DNA of 64,000 bases. It comes from an uncultured delta proteobacterium. Its GTDB lineage: Bacteria > Myxococcota_A > Polyangia > Polyangiales > Polyangiaceae. The position numbers were made by a program, and so were the translations under genes. Below, piece by piece: positions 10,633 to 20,593 of the stretch (within the stretch, counting starts at the first letter, position 1; the number at the start of each line of letters is the position of its first letter). Below the pieces are notes generated by a model. The model searched no databases, was not told the DNA's origin, and saw only the letters and a list, made by a program, of their open reading frames with translations. The stretch lies in NCBI GenBank assembly GCA_963806225.1, contig CAWDXG010000003.1:64001-128000 (forward strand). Reading direction: 5' to 3'.

Positions 10633-12354
10633 GTGCAACGGCGAGGGGCGAGCGGCAACACGACGGTCTCCCGGGCCAAGGCGCTGCTCCTGCACGTGCA
10701 GCGCGAGCACGGGCGCGCCGAAGCCGACGCGTTCCTGCTCAAAGCCAAGCTCGATCGCGACTACCTGGACGACGAGACGCGCCCGCTGCCGATCGAGCTG
10801 TGGCACTCCGCGCTGGAAGCGTTCGCTTCGCGCTGGGGCCGCGACGAGATCCAGCGCACGGTCCCGTCGATCGTCGACCCGGAGAACATGGGGGTGTGGA
10901 CCCGGGTGCTGCGCGGCGCTTCGGAGCCTGGCGAGGCCTTCAAGCAGCTGGAGCACTACGGCGGCAACGAGGTACTGACCGAGCGCTGGCACACCGTGGC
11001 CGCGGAACCGCAGCTGTGGCGCGGCCGCGTGCCGCTGCGCTACGACCCGGCGTTCGAGCGCGACGGGCTGTTCAACCTGGCGCGCGCCACCGAGCTGTCC
11101 GCCATCCCCGTGCTGTTCGGACTGCCGCCGGGCGACGTGAGACAGCTATCCACCGAGCCCGATCGCTCCGGTGGCGGCGTGCAGTTGTTCGAGGTGCGCT
11201 GGCGGCTGCCAAGGCGCGGCAGCATCGCGATCGGTGGCGGCATCGGCCTGCTCGGCTCGCTCGGTGCGAGCGTGGCGCTGGGGCTTCCGCTGTCGTCCGC
11301 GATCGAATTTGCCGGGCTGGCGGCTGCGGTCGGGCTGGGCAGCGGGTTCGTGGTCACGCAGGAACGCCGTCGCCGTACCCAGAGCCGCTCGCAGCTCCGG
11401 CGCATCCAGGCGCTGGAACGCTCGGCGGCTCTGCGCGATGCGCGCGAGCGGGGCGCAGCCGGATTCCGCGAGGGTGTCGTGATTGCCGGCCAATACCGGC
11501 TCGGCGAGAAGCTCGGCGTGGGCGCGAGCGGCACCATCTGGGAAGCGACCCGGCTGGCGGACGGCGAGACGGTCGCGATCAAGCTGCTCCGGACCGCGGT
11601 GGCGCACGACACGGTGGCCGCCGACAGGCTGCGCCGCGAGGCCGCCGCGCTCGGTCTCGCCTGGCACCCGAACGTGGTGGAGGTCTACGACGACGGACAC
11701 CTTCCCGACGGCACCAGCTATCTGGTCATGGAGCGCCTGTACGGCGAGTCGCTGGCGTCGCGGCTCAAGCGAGCCGGCGCGCTGACACCTGCGGAGCTCA
11801 CGCCCCTCGCGCTACAGGTCTGCGACGCGCTGGGCGCGGTGCACGCCGCGGGCGTGGTGCATCGCGATCTGAAGCCGGGCAACATCTTCCTGGCCGATCC
11901 CGACAACGAGGGCAGCACGCCCATCGTGAAGCTGCTCGACTTCGGCATCGCGCGCGTGGAGTGGGCCGAGACGCGGCTGACCAACATGGGCGCGCCGGTC
12001 GGCACGCCGGGCTACATGTCGCCGGAGCAGGAGCAGGGGGTCGAGATCGACTCGCGCAGCGACCTGTTCGCGCTGGGGGGCGTCTTGTACGAGTGTCTGA
12101 GCGGGCAACCGCCGCCGGTCCGGACCAGCGAGCTCTGGGTGGCGGCGGCACGAGCACCGGAAGGACAGAGCGAGAGCGGGGTGCAGCGCGCCCTCAGGAC
12201 CATCCCGTCGCGCTGGCGGGAGCTCATCGAATGCGCCATGGCGCCCCTGCCGCGCGATCGCTTTCCCGACGCCAGGAGCGCGCGCGAGGCGATTTCCTCG
12301 CTCCACGAAAGCGCCGATAGCTCGGAACGTCACCCAATAATATCCAATAGTTGA
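10633..12354 (+). CDS. Hanks-type Ser/Thr kinase with an N-terminal putative sensory domain and two hydrophobic segments
   Basis: LGVGASGTIW, VAIK, HPNVV, HRDLKPGN, DFG, GTPGYMSPE, SDLFALG. Confidence 0.93.
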   Translation: MQRRGASGNTTVSRAKALLLHVQREHGRAEADAFLLKAKLDRDYLDDETRPLPIELWHSALEAFASRWGRDEIQRTVPSIVDPENMGVWTRVLRGASEPGEAFKQLEHYGGNEVLTERWHTVAAEPQLWRGRVPLRYDPAFERDGLFNLARATELSAIPVLFGLPPGDVRQLSTEPDRSGGGVQLFEVRWRLPRRGSIAIGGGIGLLGSLGASVALGLPLSSAIEFAGLAAAVGLGSGFVVTQERRRRTQSRSQLRRIQALERSAALRDARERGAAGFREGVVIAGQYRLGEKLGVGASGTIWEATRLADGETVAIKLLRTAVAHDTVAADRLRREAAALGLAWHPNVVEVYDDGHLPDGTSYLVMERLYGESLASRLKRAGALTPAELTPLALQVCDALGAVHAAGVVHRDLKPGNIFLADPDNEGSTPIVKLLDFGIARVEWAETRLTNMGAPVGTPGYMSPEQEQGVEIDSRSDLFALGGVLYECLSGQPPPVRTSELWVAAARAPEGQSESGVQRALRTIPSRWRELIECAMAPLPRDRFPDARSAREAISSLHESADSSERHPIISNS

Positions 12355-12357
12355 GAT

Positions 12358-13806
12358 CTATTTCTTCAATTGCAGGATAAGGTAGCTCTGGCGCGTTCCG
12401 CCCAGTGGGATGCGCGTGAGCACAGCGTAGCGGTCGCCCGCCTGTCGTGCGACGCGCTGCTCGACGCCGCGGTCGAAGCGACTGTGCCACCACGGCAGGG
12501 CGGGCTTTTCGCCAGGTGCGAGCAACAGCACGAGCCGGTCCACCTGGCGCGCCTCGAGCCAGCCATCGGGGATGCGCTTGGTGGTGTGCCCGCCGGGGAG
12601 CACGGCCACTCGCGGGTCGGTCACGCCGGACAGATCCTCGACCTCGGCGCGCGTGGCGGCGCCCACCCATCCCACGTCCAGGCTCGCCACGTGCCGGCCG
12701 CCGGCGAGCGGAGCCGCAGCCGCTTCGATAAGTGCCATCCGGTTCGGCCCCACACGCCTCGCAACGCGACCGATCACGAACAGCACGACCAGCGAGACGC
12801 CCAGCGCCGCAACAAGCCTGAGTGCGGTGGCCCACGGGCGCGCGACACCAGCGATAGCCGCGCCTACCAGCAAGAGACCGGGCAGCACCGGCACCATCAA
12901 CCGGTAGAGCGCCATCCAGTCGCCTCCCGCCAGCAGCAGCGAGACGACGTGCACGGCGCAGGCCGCGGCGATCGCCCGCTCGTGGCCGCCGATGCGTCGC
13001 AGCGACCAGGGCGCAAGCAGCAGGAGCGGCGGGCCGGTGAACGCCAGCGCGCCCCACGCATAGCGCAGGCCGTGCGACAGATCGGAAGGCTTCGCGAACA
13101 CGGCAAGAGGCGCGGGATGGCCGAACGCGAGCTCGCGCGTGACAGCGACGATCAACGCCGGGAGTAGCACCAGAGCCGCGAGGCCCAGCACGCGCTGGAT
13201 GCTGCGGCGCGCCGCCAGGCCGGTTCCCACCACCAGCACCAGCGCCCACGGCAGGAGCTCGGGGCGCCAGGCAGCCGCCAGGCCCGCCGGAAGCACCGCC
13301 CACGGCGAGCGGACCAGCGCGAGCGTGGCCAGACCCACCACGACGCCGGTTTCCATGCCGGCAACCGACCAGGCCGCCAGCGGTGCGCACACCGCGAGCA
13401 CGAGCAGCGGCGAGAACCTGAGCGGACTTCCGCGCAATCTAGCCACCTCGGCTCCGAGCCACCCCGCTGCGGCGAGCCAGCACAGCGCGCCCATCCAGCG
13501 CGCCGCGGACAGCGCCGCGAGGGGGCCCCCGCCAGCAAACGGCGAAAGCGCGTACGCCCAGCCGAGCGGAGTGACGGCGTCGACGGGCGGGCCTGTCGCG
13601 TTGAAGCGATAGCCGAGCCCCGCGTGCAGATGTGCCGCCACGCGCGCCGTGATCAGGGCGTCATCGACGGTGAAACCGCGGATCCACAAGAGCGGCAGCA
13701 GCGCCAGAAGTGCGGCAGCCGCTCCGATCGCGAGGGGCCTAGCGGTATGTTGACGGCCTGTCCACTCCTCGGCGATCTGCCCTGAAAAGTTCGGGTCCAC
13801 ACTCAC
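12358..13806 (-). CDS. Polytopic membrane protein, GT-C-fold glycosyltransferase-like
   Basis: Many TM segments; DDALIT motif after TM1, then G-x-x-FN, GMET and GGDWM motifs typical of lipid-linked sugar transferases. Confidence 0.6.
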   Translation of the reverse strand: MSVDPNFSGQIAEEWTGRQHTARPLAIGAAAALLALLPLLWIRGFTVDDALITARVAAHLHAGLGYRFNATGPPVDAVTPLGWAYALSPFAGGGPLAALSAARWMGALCWLAAAGWLGAEVARLRGSPLRFSPLLVLAVCAPLAAWSVAGMETGVVVGLATLALVRSPWAVLPAGLAAAWRPELLPWALVLVVGTGLAARRSIQRVLGLAALVLLPALIVAVTRELAFGHPAPLAVFAKPSDLSHGLRYAWGALAFTGPPLLLLAPWSLRRIGGHERAIAAACAVHVVSLLLAGGDWMALYRLMVPVLPGLLLVGAAIAGVARPWATALRLVAALGVSLVVLFVIGRVARRVGPNRMALIEAAAAPLAGGRHVASLDVGWVGAATRAEVEDLSGVTDPRVAVLPGGHTTKRIPDGWLEARQVDRLVLLLAPGEKPALPWWHSRFDRGVEQRVARQAGDRYAVLTRIPLGGTRQSYLILQLKK

Positions 13807-13830
13807 GGGTTGTCTAGCATTGTGCGCCGG

Positions 13831-16108
13831 ATGTCAGCGATTCACGTCGTCGTTCGCCCGCGTCCCGAAAACGCTCCTGCCAAGGTGCTCGCGCCGCTCT
13901 ATGGCCTCTTCGATGTGGTCGTGGATGGCGTCAACATCACGGCCCGGATCGGCGAAGGGCAGGCCCTTGCACTCCTGGCGGAGCTCGCCCGGGGTGCAGC
14001 CAACCTGCTGTCCGGCCGGCGCGATCGGGTAACATTGCAGCTCTACGCCGCCGACGAGGCGTGGGAGCTCGGCCTGGAGCGGGACGGCATGGACGCGTTG
14101 ATCACCGTCTATCGCACCGGACGCCGTCCGGATGTCGCGGTGCACGAGCGCCGCGTCGCCCTGTCCGCGCTGCGCGACGCGGTGCTGGAAGCGATGGACG
14201 AGCTGCCCGTGCGGTCGCCGGTGGCGATCGCGGCAGCGCGCCGGACGCTCGCGGAGGCCTGGCCGCCCGTGGCGTGCGGCGAGCGCGAGGAGCACGAAGT
14301 GAAGATCGCTCCGCGAGCGGTCCAGGGCTTCGGATTCCAGGCGAGCGGGATGTTCCGCGTCGCAGCCCAGGGCCCGGCGGCGGGGGCTGACCCGCAGCTC
14401 GAGCGCGCCGATCTGCACGCGCTGTTGATCCGCGGTCCGCTGTCCGTCGTGGTGCGGGGTCGCCGCGCGGAGCTCGGTCCGGCGCACCTGTTCCTGGTGG
14501 CCGAGCAGCTGCTGGTCCTGGCCGACGACGTGCTCGAGGCCTGGCAGACGGCGCGCCCCGTGTTCCGGCGCCTCGACATCGCCGGAGCCAGGCTGGCGCT
14601 CCGGCGCGGACCCGGCGATGGGCCGCTGTCGGTGAGCATCGGCGGTCCGGACGTGCGGGATCGCGGCGAGCAGAGGACCTTCCCGGAGGTCCCGCCGGCC
14701 GCGTTCGTCCAGTCGTCGCTGCGTTTCGCCCGCCAGCTCGCGCAGGCCTTCGTCCAGTACGATCCCTCCCAGCAGCGGAACCTGCGACTGGCGGCCCTGC
14801 TCTCCACCGCCGACTCGCTCGAGGAACGCGCCGACGACACGGGCGCGGAGGACGCGCTGACGAACCCCGAACCGGAGAGCTATCGCTCCTTCCCGCTGCC
14901 GCGCCGCCGTTCGGAGAGCCGGGGACTCTGGGAGCACGGCGGACGCATGCGCTTCGTCCCGCGCTGGGTCGCCACGGTTCCCAACATCGATCTGCGCGCA
15001 ACGTTCCTGTGCGGAGACGCGCTGATCGTCGGCTCTGCGAGGGAGACGGCGTGCATCCAGCGCTCGGACGGCAACGTGGTGTGGCGCATCCCGACTCCGC
15101 GCGCCGCGAGCGTCGTGACGCCCTCGGGTCTGGCCCGGCTCTCCACCGACGGGCGCATCGCCCTGCACGATCTGGCAAGCGGCGAGGTCCGCTTCAGGAC
15201 GAGGCTCGAGCCGCGAGCCGGCGGAGGCGCGACGGGAGCCGTCGTGCACACTCCAGGGCTGCCGAAGCTGCTCGTGGTCGCCGAGGGGGATCGCCGCATC
15301 ACGGCAGTGGACCTGGTTTCGGGCGACGTGCGCTGGCGGCACACGGCGAAGCGCGCCGCCAGCTACCGCGTCCGCCGCGCGGGCAAGCTGCTGCTCGTGG
15401 CGGGCGGCGACTCGGCCCTCGTCGCTCTCGACGTAGCCAGCGGAGAGGTCGTGTGGCGCGTGCGTGATCGCCTTCCCTTCCCTGGCGACGTCACCGGTGG
15501 ATCACGACGCGGCCTTCGCGATCAGCGGCGCGCTGCACGGACCGGCGCGGCTGCATCACCTCGACCCGTTCTCCGGTCAGGTGCGCTGGAGCATCGATGT
15601 CGACGATCGCCCGCAACCCGGTCAGGCACCGCTCGTCACACCCGACGTGGTGGTGGTGCCGACCCGCGACCGCCGCGGCGTAGGCGCGCGCGCCTACGAC
15701 CGCCGGAGCGGCGAGGAGCTGTGGGAGCACACGCCGGGACTGGCGTCACCGACCACCGCGTGGCTCGCCGTCGACGACGCGATCGTAGCGAACAGCGCCG
15801 CCGGCACGCTGATCTGCATCGAGGCAACGAACGGAACATTGCGCTTCAACCACGTGTTCTCGAGACACGTGGACGCCGACCAGCCGCGGCGCCTGGAGCC
15901 CGTCCTGCGCAGCGGCGCCCTGTTCGTGCCGCAGCACCAGGTGCACGTGGTACGGCCGCGCGACGGCGAGATCATCGGCACCGTCCCGAGCGACCTGATC
16001 CCCGATCTGCTCCGCGTCGACGAGCGCTGCGACGTCTACGTTGCCGAAGAGAGCGGCCACCTCGCCGCCTTCGGCGCGGCAGCAAGGCTCGCGCTGGTGA
16101 AGGGGTAG
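13831..16108 (+). CDS. PQQ-like beta-propeller repeat protein with an unknown N-terminal domain; apparent frameshift near 15490
   Basis: Repeated D-x-x-SG-x-V-x-W blades (DLASGEVRF, DLVSGDVRW, DVASGEVVW, DPFSGQVRW, DRRSGEELW) continuing from ORF 13810 into ORF 15464..16108. Confidence 0.8.
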
Positions 16109-17440
16109 AGCGAAGCGAGCCCCGGCGCAGCGAAGCAAGCCCGCGCCGAGCGCAGCGAAGCGAGCCCCGGCGCCCCACCGCCGTAGGGCGAAGCGAAGCA
16201 AGCCCCGGCGCAGCGAAGCAAGCCCGCGCCGAGCGCAGCGAGGCGCGTCGGGGGTCCGGGGGCGGTGAGCCCCCGGCGGAGGATTCCGGCGGGGGTGGGC
16301 GGGCGGGACACAAACCATCTCACGCCGCACATTGCCGTAGGGCGAAGCGAAGCGAGCCCCGGCGCCCCACCGCCGTAGGGCGAAGCGAAGCGAGCCCCGG
16401 CGCAGCGAAGCAAGCCCGCGCCGAGCGCAGCGAGGCGCGTCGGGGGTCCGGGGGCGGTGAGCCCCCGGCGGAGGATTCCGGCGGGGGCGGGCGGGCGGGA
16501 CACAAACCATCTCACGCCGCCCATCGACGTAGGGCAAAGCGAAGCGAGCCCCCCGTTCCGCGCCGTAGGGCGATGCGAAGCGAGACCCCCGCCACACGCC
16601 GTAAGGCGCAGCGAAGCAAGCCCGCGCCGAGCGCAGCGAGGCGCGTCGGGGGTCCGGGGGCGGTGAGCCCCCGGCGGAGGACTACGGCGGGGGCGGGCGG
16701 GCGGGACACAAACCATCTCACGCCGCCCATCGACGTAGGGCAAAGCGAAGCGAGCCCCCCGTCCGCGCCGTAGGGCGAAGCGAAGCGAGACCCCCGCCAC
16801 ACGCCGTAAGGCGCAGCGAAGCAAGCCCGCGCCGAGCGCAGCGAGGCGCGTCGGGGGTCCGGGGGCGGTGAGCCCCCGGCGGAGGACTACGGCGGGGGCG
16901 GGCGGGCGGGACACAAACCATCTCACGCCGCACATTGCCGTAGGGCGAAGCGAAGCGAGCCCCGGCGCCCCACCGCCGTAGGGCGAAGCGAAGCGAGCCC
17001 CGGCGCAGCGAAGCAAGCCCGCGCCGAGCGCAGCGAAGCGAGCCCCGGCGCCCCACCGCCGTAGGGCAAAGCGAAGCGAGCCCCCCGTTCCGCGCCGTAG
17101 GGCGATGCGAAGCAAGCCCCCCGCCCATCGACGTAGGGCAAAGCGAAGCGAGCCCCCCGTTCCGCGCCGTAGGGCGATGCGAAGCGAGACCCCCGCCACA
17201 CGCCGTAAGGCGCAGCGAAGCAAGCCCGCGCCGAGCGCAGCGAGGCGCGTCGGGGGTCCGGGGGCGGTGAGCCCCCGGCGGAGGACTACGGCGGGGGCGG
17301 GCGGGCGGGACACAAACCATCTCACGCCGCCCATCGACGTAGGGCGAAGCGAAGCGAGCCCCCCGTTCCGCGCCGTAGGGCGATGCGAAGCAAGCCCCCC
17401 GCCCATCGACGTAGGGCAAAGCGAAGCGAGCCCCCGCCCC
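16105..17440. repeat. Mosaic array of REP-like elements between convergent genes
   Basis: About 16 copies of CGTAGGGC(G/A)A(A/T)GCGAAGC(G/A)AG(C/A)CCC plus 3 GTAAGGC variants, interleaved with 5 copies of a ~120-bp module containing the hairpin CCGGGGGC-GGTGA-GCCCCCGG. Confidence 0.92.
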
Positions 17441-17459
17441 ATCGCCATAAACCGAACCC

Positions 17460-18284
17460 CTACCCGCTGTGCGCTTCCCCGCCGTCGACGAACAGCGTGT
17501 TGCCGTTCAGCCAGTACGTGCAGGGCTGGGCGAACGCGACGAGCGCCTGCGCGACGTCCTCGGGCCGCGTGAGGCGATGGAAGGGGTTCTTGCGCACCGC
17601 GACCTCCACCATGCCCTCGTTGTCCGGGATCTTCTTGAGCGCGGGCGTGTCGGTGACGCCGGCGCAGATGGCGTTGGCGGTGATGCCGCGCGGGCCGAGC
17701 TCGAGTGCGAGCTGGCGGATGTGCGATTCGAGCGCGGCCTTGGCGGCGCTGACGGCGCCGTAGCCCGGCCAGACCTGCATCGAGCCGGTGCTGGTCATCG
17801 CGTAGATGCGCGCCTGATCGCAGAACAGGCCGCGATGCAGGATCCCCTGCGTCCAGTACACGAGGCTGTTGGCCATCACGTCGAGCGTCATGTCCATCTG
17901 CTTCTTGTTCACCTCGTCGGACGGGTCTTCGCCCGCCAGCGCCTTGAGCGTACCGAACGCGAGCGAGTGGAGCAGGACGCGGACAGTCTCGTTCTTGCCG
18001 CTCTCCTTGAAGCGCTGCACTACCTGGTCGAGCACCTCGTTGCGCTTTCCCTCGTCGGCTGCGTTCACGTTGAAGAACCACGCCTCGCGACCCTGCTCGC
18101 GGATCCGCGCCGTGATGCGCTCGACGTTCGGCATGGTGGAGCGCCGGTCCAGATGGACGCCGATGATGTCCACTCCCGCGCGGGCCAGTGTGACGGCCAC
18201 TTCCTCGCCGAAGCCGCTGGAAGCACCGAGGATAAGCGCCCAACCGTCGAGAGGGGGCAGGGGCATGTCGTTGGTTCCGGTCAT
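17460..18284 (-). CDS. SDR oxidoreductase, enoyl-ACP reductase (FabI/FabL)-like
   Basis: GASSGFG cofactor motif, Y-x6-K (YGAVSAAKAALE), NAICAGVTDT, NGNTLFVDGG. Confidence 0.88.
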   Translation of the reverse strand: MTGTNDMPLPPLDGWALILGASSGFGEEVAVTLARAGVDIIGVHLDRRSTMPNVERITARIREQGREAWFFNVNAADEGKRNEVLDQVVQRFKESGKNETVRVLLHSLAFGTLKALAGEDPSDEVNKKQMDMTLDVMANSLVYWTQGILHRGLFCDQARIYAMTSTGSMQVWPGYGAVSAAKAALESHIRQLALELGPRGITANAICAGVTDTPALKKIPDNEGMVEVAVRKNPFHRLTRPEDVAQALVAFAQPCTYWLNGNTLFVDGGEAHSG

Positions 18285-18792
18285 CTGTCCGCCTGTCTAC
18301 TACAACCCTGCGCCGTTTCGTCCGGTCGCTCGACGGTCCACCCGGCAGGAGCAACGGTCCGCCCACCTCGTCGGCCTTTTCCCGCACGAACCGGGCGATA
18401 CGCCGGAATGGCACTCCGGTGGGGCAGACGGTTTCCTTGTTCGCGAGCACGTCCTCGGGCACGTGCTCGAAGGCCACAGCCGCCGCGCGGAAGTCCGGCA
18501 TGCTGCGCGAGCCAGCCAGGATCAAGCTCATCACGCCGCGATAGGCACCGCCGGACGCGGCGATGCGCCCTGCCTCGCCGCGGTCGCACAGCCCGCACGC
18601 AATGCAGCGTCCGAAGCTACCAAGCCCGCTGCGCTCCTCTTCGCTGAGCGGCGGGAGCGCGTCGGCGTCGTAGTTCTCGCGGAACGCCGCGATGCCCGCG
18701 CGCCCACCGCCGAACGCACGCCGGACCAGCGTCCGGAGCAGGGCCAGCGCGAGCAGCAAGAACGCCTTCAGACGACCCGACACGCGCGACAC
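18281..18792 (-). CDS. Small 4Fe-4S cluster protein with an N-terminal hydrophobic anchor; true stop uncertain (probable indel)
   Basis: CIACGLCD and CPTGVP motifs in the first ~150 aa of ORF 16036..18792; the rest of that ORF is implausible read-through. Confidence 0.6.
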
Positions 18793-19042
18793 GCTAGACC
18801 ACGATGCCCGCTTTGACCACGGCTTGCCCGCGCCGCGGAGCGGGGAAAAAACGCGGCGCCCGGACGTAACAGAAGAGGGGGGTGGGCCGTAACCGCGTGA
18901 CGCCTGGAAGGTGACGCTGTTACGCCCTGTTACGCATCACAAGTGCTGGATATCACACGGCTGTTCCGCTGGCACGCGGCGTGCTCCAGGGGCCGGCAAG
19001 CCACCGCATGGTGGACCCGAGCTTCGAGGAGGCCTTTCGATC

Positions 19043-19718
19043 ATGTTCAGCACCCAGACAGCCCAGACCCAGCGCCGAGACCAGCCCGCGACCCGACCCC
19101 AACCGACCCAGGTCGAGCGGAGCGGCGGGTTGGACGACGACCGCGCGCTGCTCCAGGCAATGCTGGCGGACGACGAGGACGCCTGGCGCGAGTTCAACAC
19201 GCGCTACTCGCGGCTCATCTACCGCTGCATCACGCGCGTGACTGCCCGCTTCAGCGCAGTCGTCGGTCCCGACGACGTGCGCGAGATCTACGGCATGGTC
19301 TGCATGGGGCTGCTCGCGAACGACAAACGCAAGCTGCGCAGCTTCGAGCCCGGCCGCGGAAACAAGCTCGGCAGCTGGATCGGCATGCTCGCCATCCACA
19401 CCGCCTACGATTTCCTGCGCGGCGTCAAGCGCGAGCCGAAGCGCGGCTGCTTGACCGAGGCGGAGGCGCTGTCGAGCGAGCTGCCCGATCCCTACGAGGT
19501 CGTGCGTCATGCGCCAGCGCGCCGGCATCGTGACCTCGCTGCTCGGGCGCTTCAGCGACAAGGACCGTGAGTTCATCACACTGTACTTCGGCGAGGGCCT
19601 GGAGCCCGAGCAGATCGCCGAGCGCATGGGCATCAGCGTCAAGACCGTCTACTCCAAGAAGCACAAGATCCGCTCCCGGCTGGAAGCCCTGCTCGCCGAG
19701 CGTAAGCTCGCGGCATAG
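19043..19718 (+). CDS. ECF-type sigma-70 factor; apparent frameshift near 19500
   Basis: GAGGAGG RBS; DEDAWREFNTRYSRLIY (region 2), SWIGMLAIHTAYDFLR; region 4 EQIAERMGISVKTVYSKKHKIRSRL in the next frame. Confidence 0.9.
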
Positions 19719-19785
19719 CGCGTCTTTCCCTGACGCCCGTCAGGAGCCCAGCACCCACGGCGGCGGCTGTGCTAGACGGTTCTCC

Positions 19786-20593
19786 GTGCGCGTATTCGCC
19801 AACGTCCTCGTCGCCCTGCTCGTCGCCGGCTGCAGCGGCGGCCAAGGTGGAGACTCGGTGCCCCGCGGCGCTCCGTCGGTCACGGGCAACGGCTACGAGC
19901 TCTCCACGCTGAACGATCCGTCGAAGCCAACGCCCTCGCCCGACAAGGACATCGAGGTGACCGGCGTCTCGGTGCTCGCGGTCGACAACTTCGACGAGAC
20001 CAAGGACGGCAAGAGCGACGGCAACATCTACGTCGAGGATCTGGTCGACCCCAAGGGCAAGGACAACCTGGCGGCCGGCTACCATGGCATCACGGTGTTC
20101 GGGCCGAGCTTCAACCCGCCAGCGTTGCGGGTAGCACCCGGCGATGTCGTCGACATCCGCGGGCGCTACCAGGAGTTCGGCGGCCCGACGAGCTTCCCCT
20201 TCCCCAAGGGACAGGTGCTGCCCGAGCTCGTCGGCGGCACCATCTCGCTGCGCTTCGAGTACACCGAGCTCGATCCAGTCACGATCGACGTGAAGGATCT
20301 GGTCGACTACAAGACCGGCCGCAAGTGGATCGGCATGCTGGTCAAGGTAGAGAACGTGAAGCTCTTTTCGGACGGCGCCGACGGGGGTTCGGGGCGCTAT
20401 TCCGCACAGCTGAACGTCGGGGCCGGCGTGCCGCTCGGCCAGCTCCCGACGGTGACGAACGCGCTGTTCGATCTCGGCGCGACCAAGCTGCCGATGACCG
20501 CGGGCACGGTCTACAAGTCGATCGTCGGCGTTGTGCAGTATTTCCAGAACTTCAGCATCGCACCGCGTTCCGTCCGAGGATCTCGCTCCGTGA
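19786..20593 (+). CDS. Lipoprotein with tandem OB-fold-like domains; fused in silico to the next gene by a probable indel near 20570
   Basis: Lipobox LVAGC; IEVTGV, GITVF, PGDVVDIRG, GMLVKVENV, SIVGVV, IAPRS resemble extracellular nuclease-associated OB folds; TGA at 20591 overlaps GTG 20590. Confidence 0.6.

Noticed and set aside
16105..17440. CRISPR array or repeat-protein CDS (tails of ORFs 13810..16773 and 16036..18792)
   Set aside because: Linkers recur instead of being unique; the long ORFs are stop-free read-through of GC-rich repeats caused by upstream indels.
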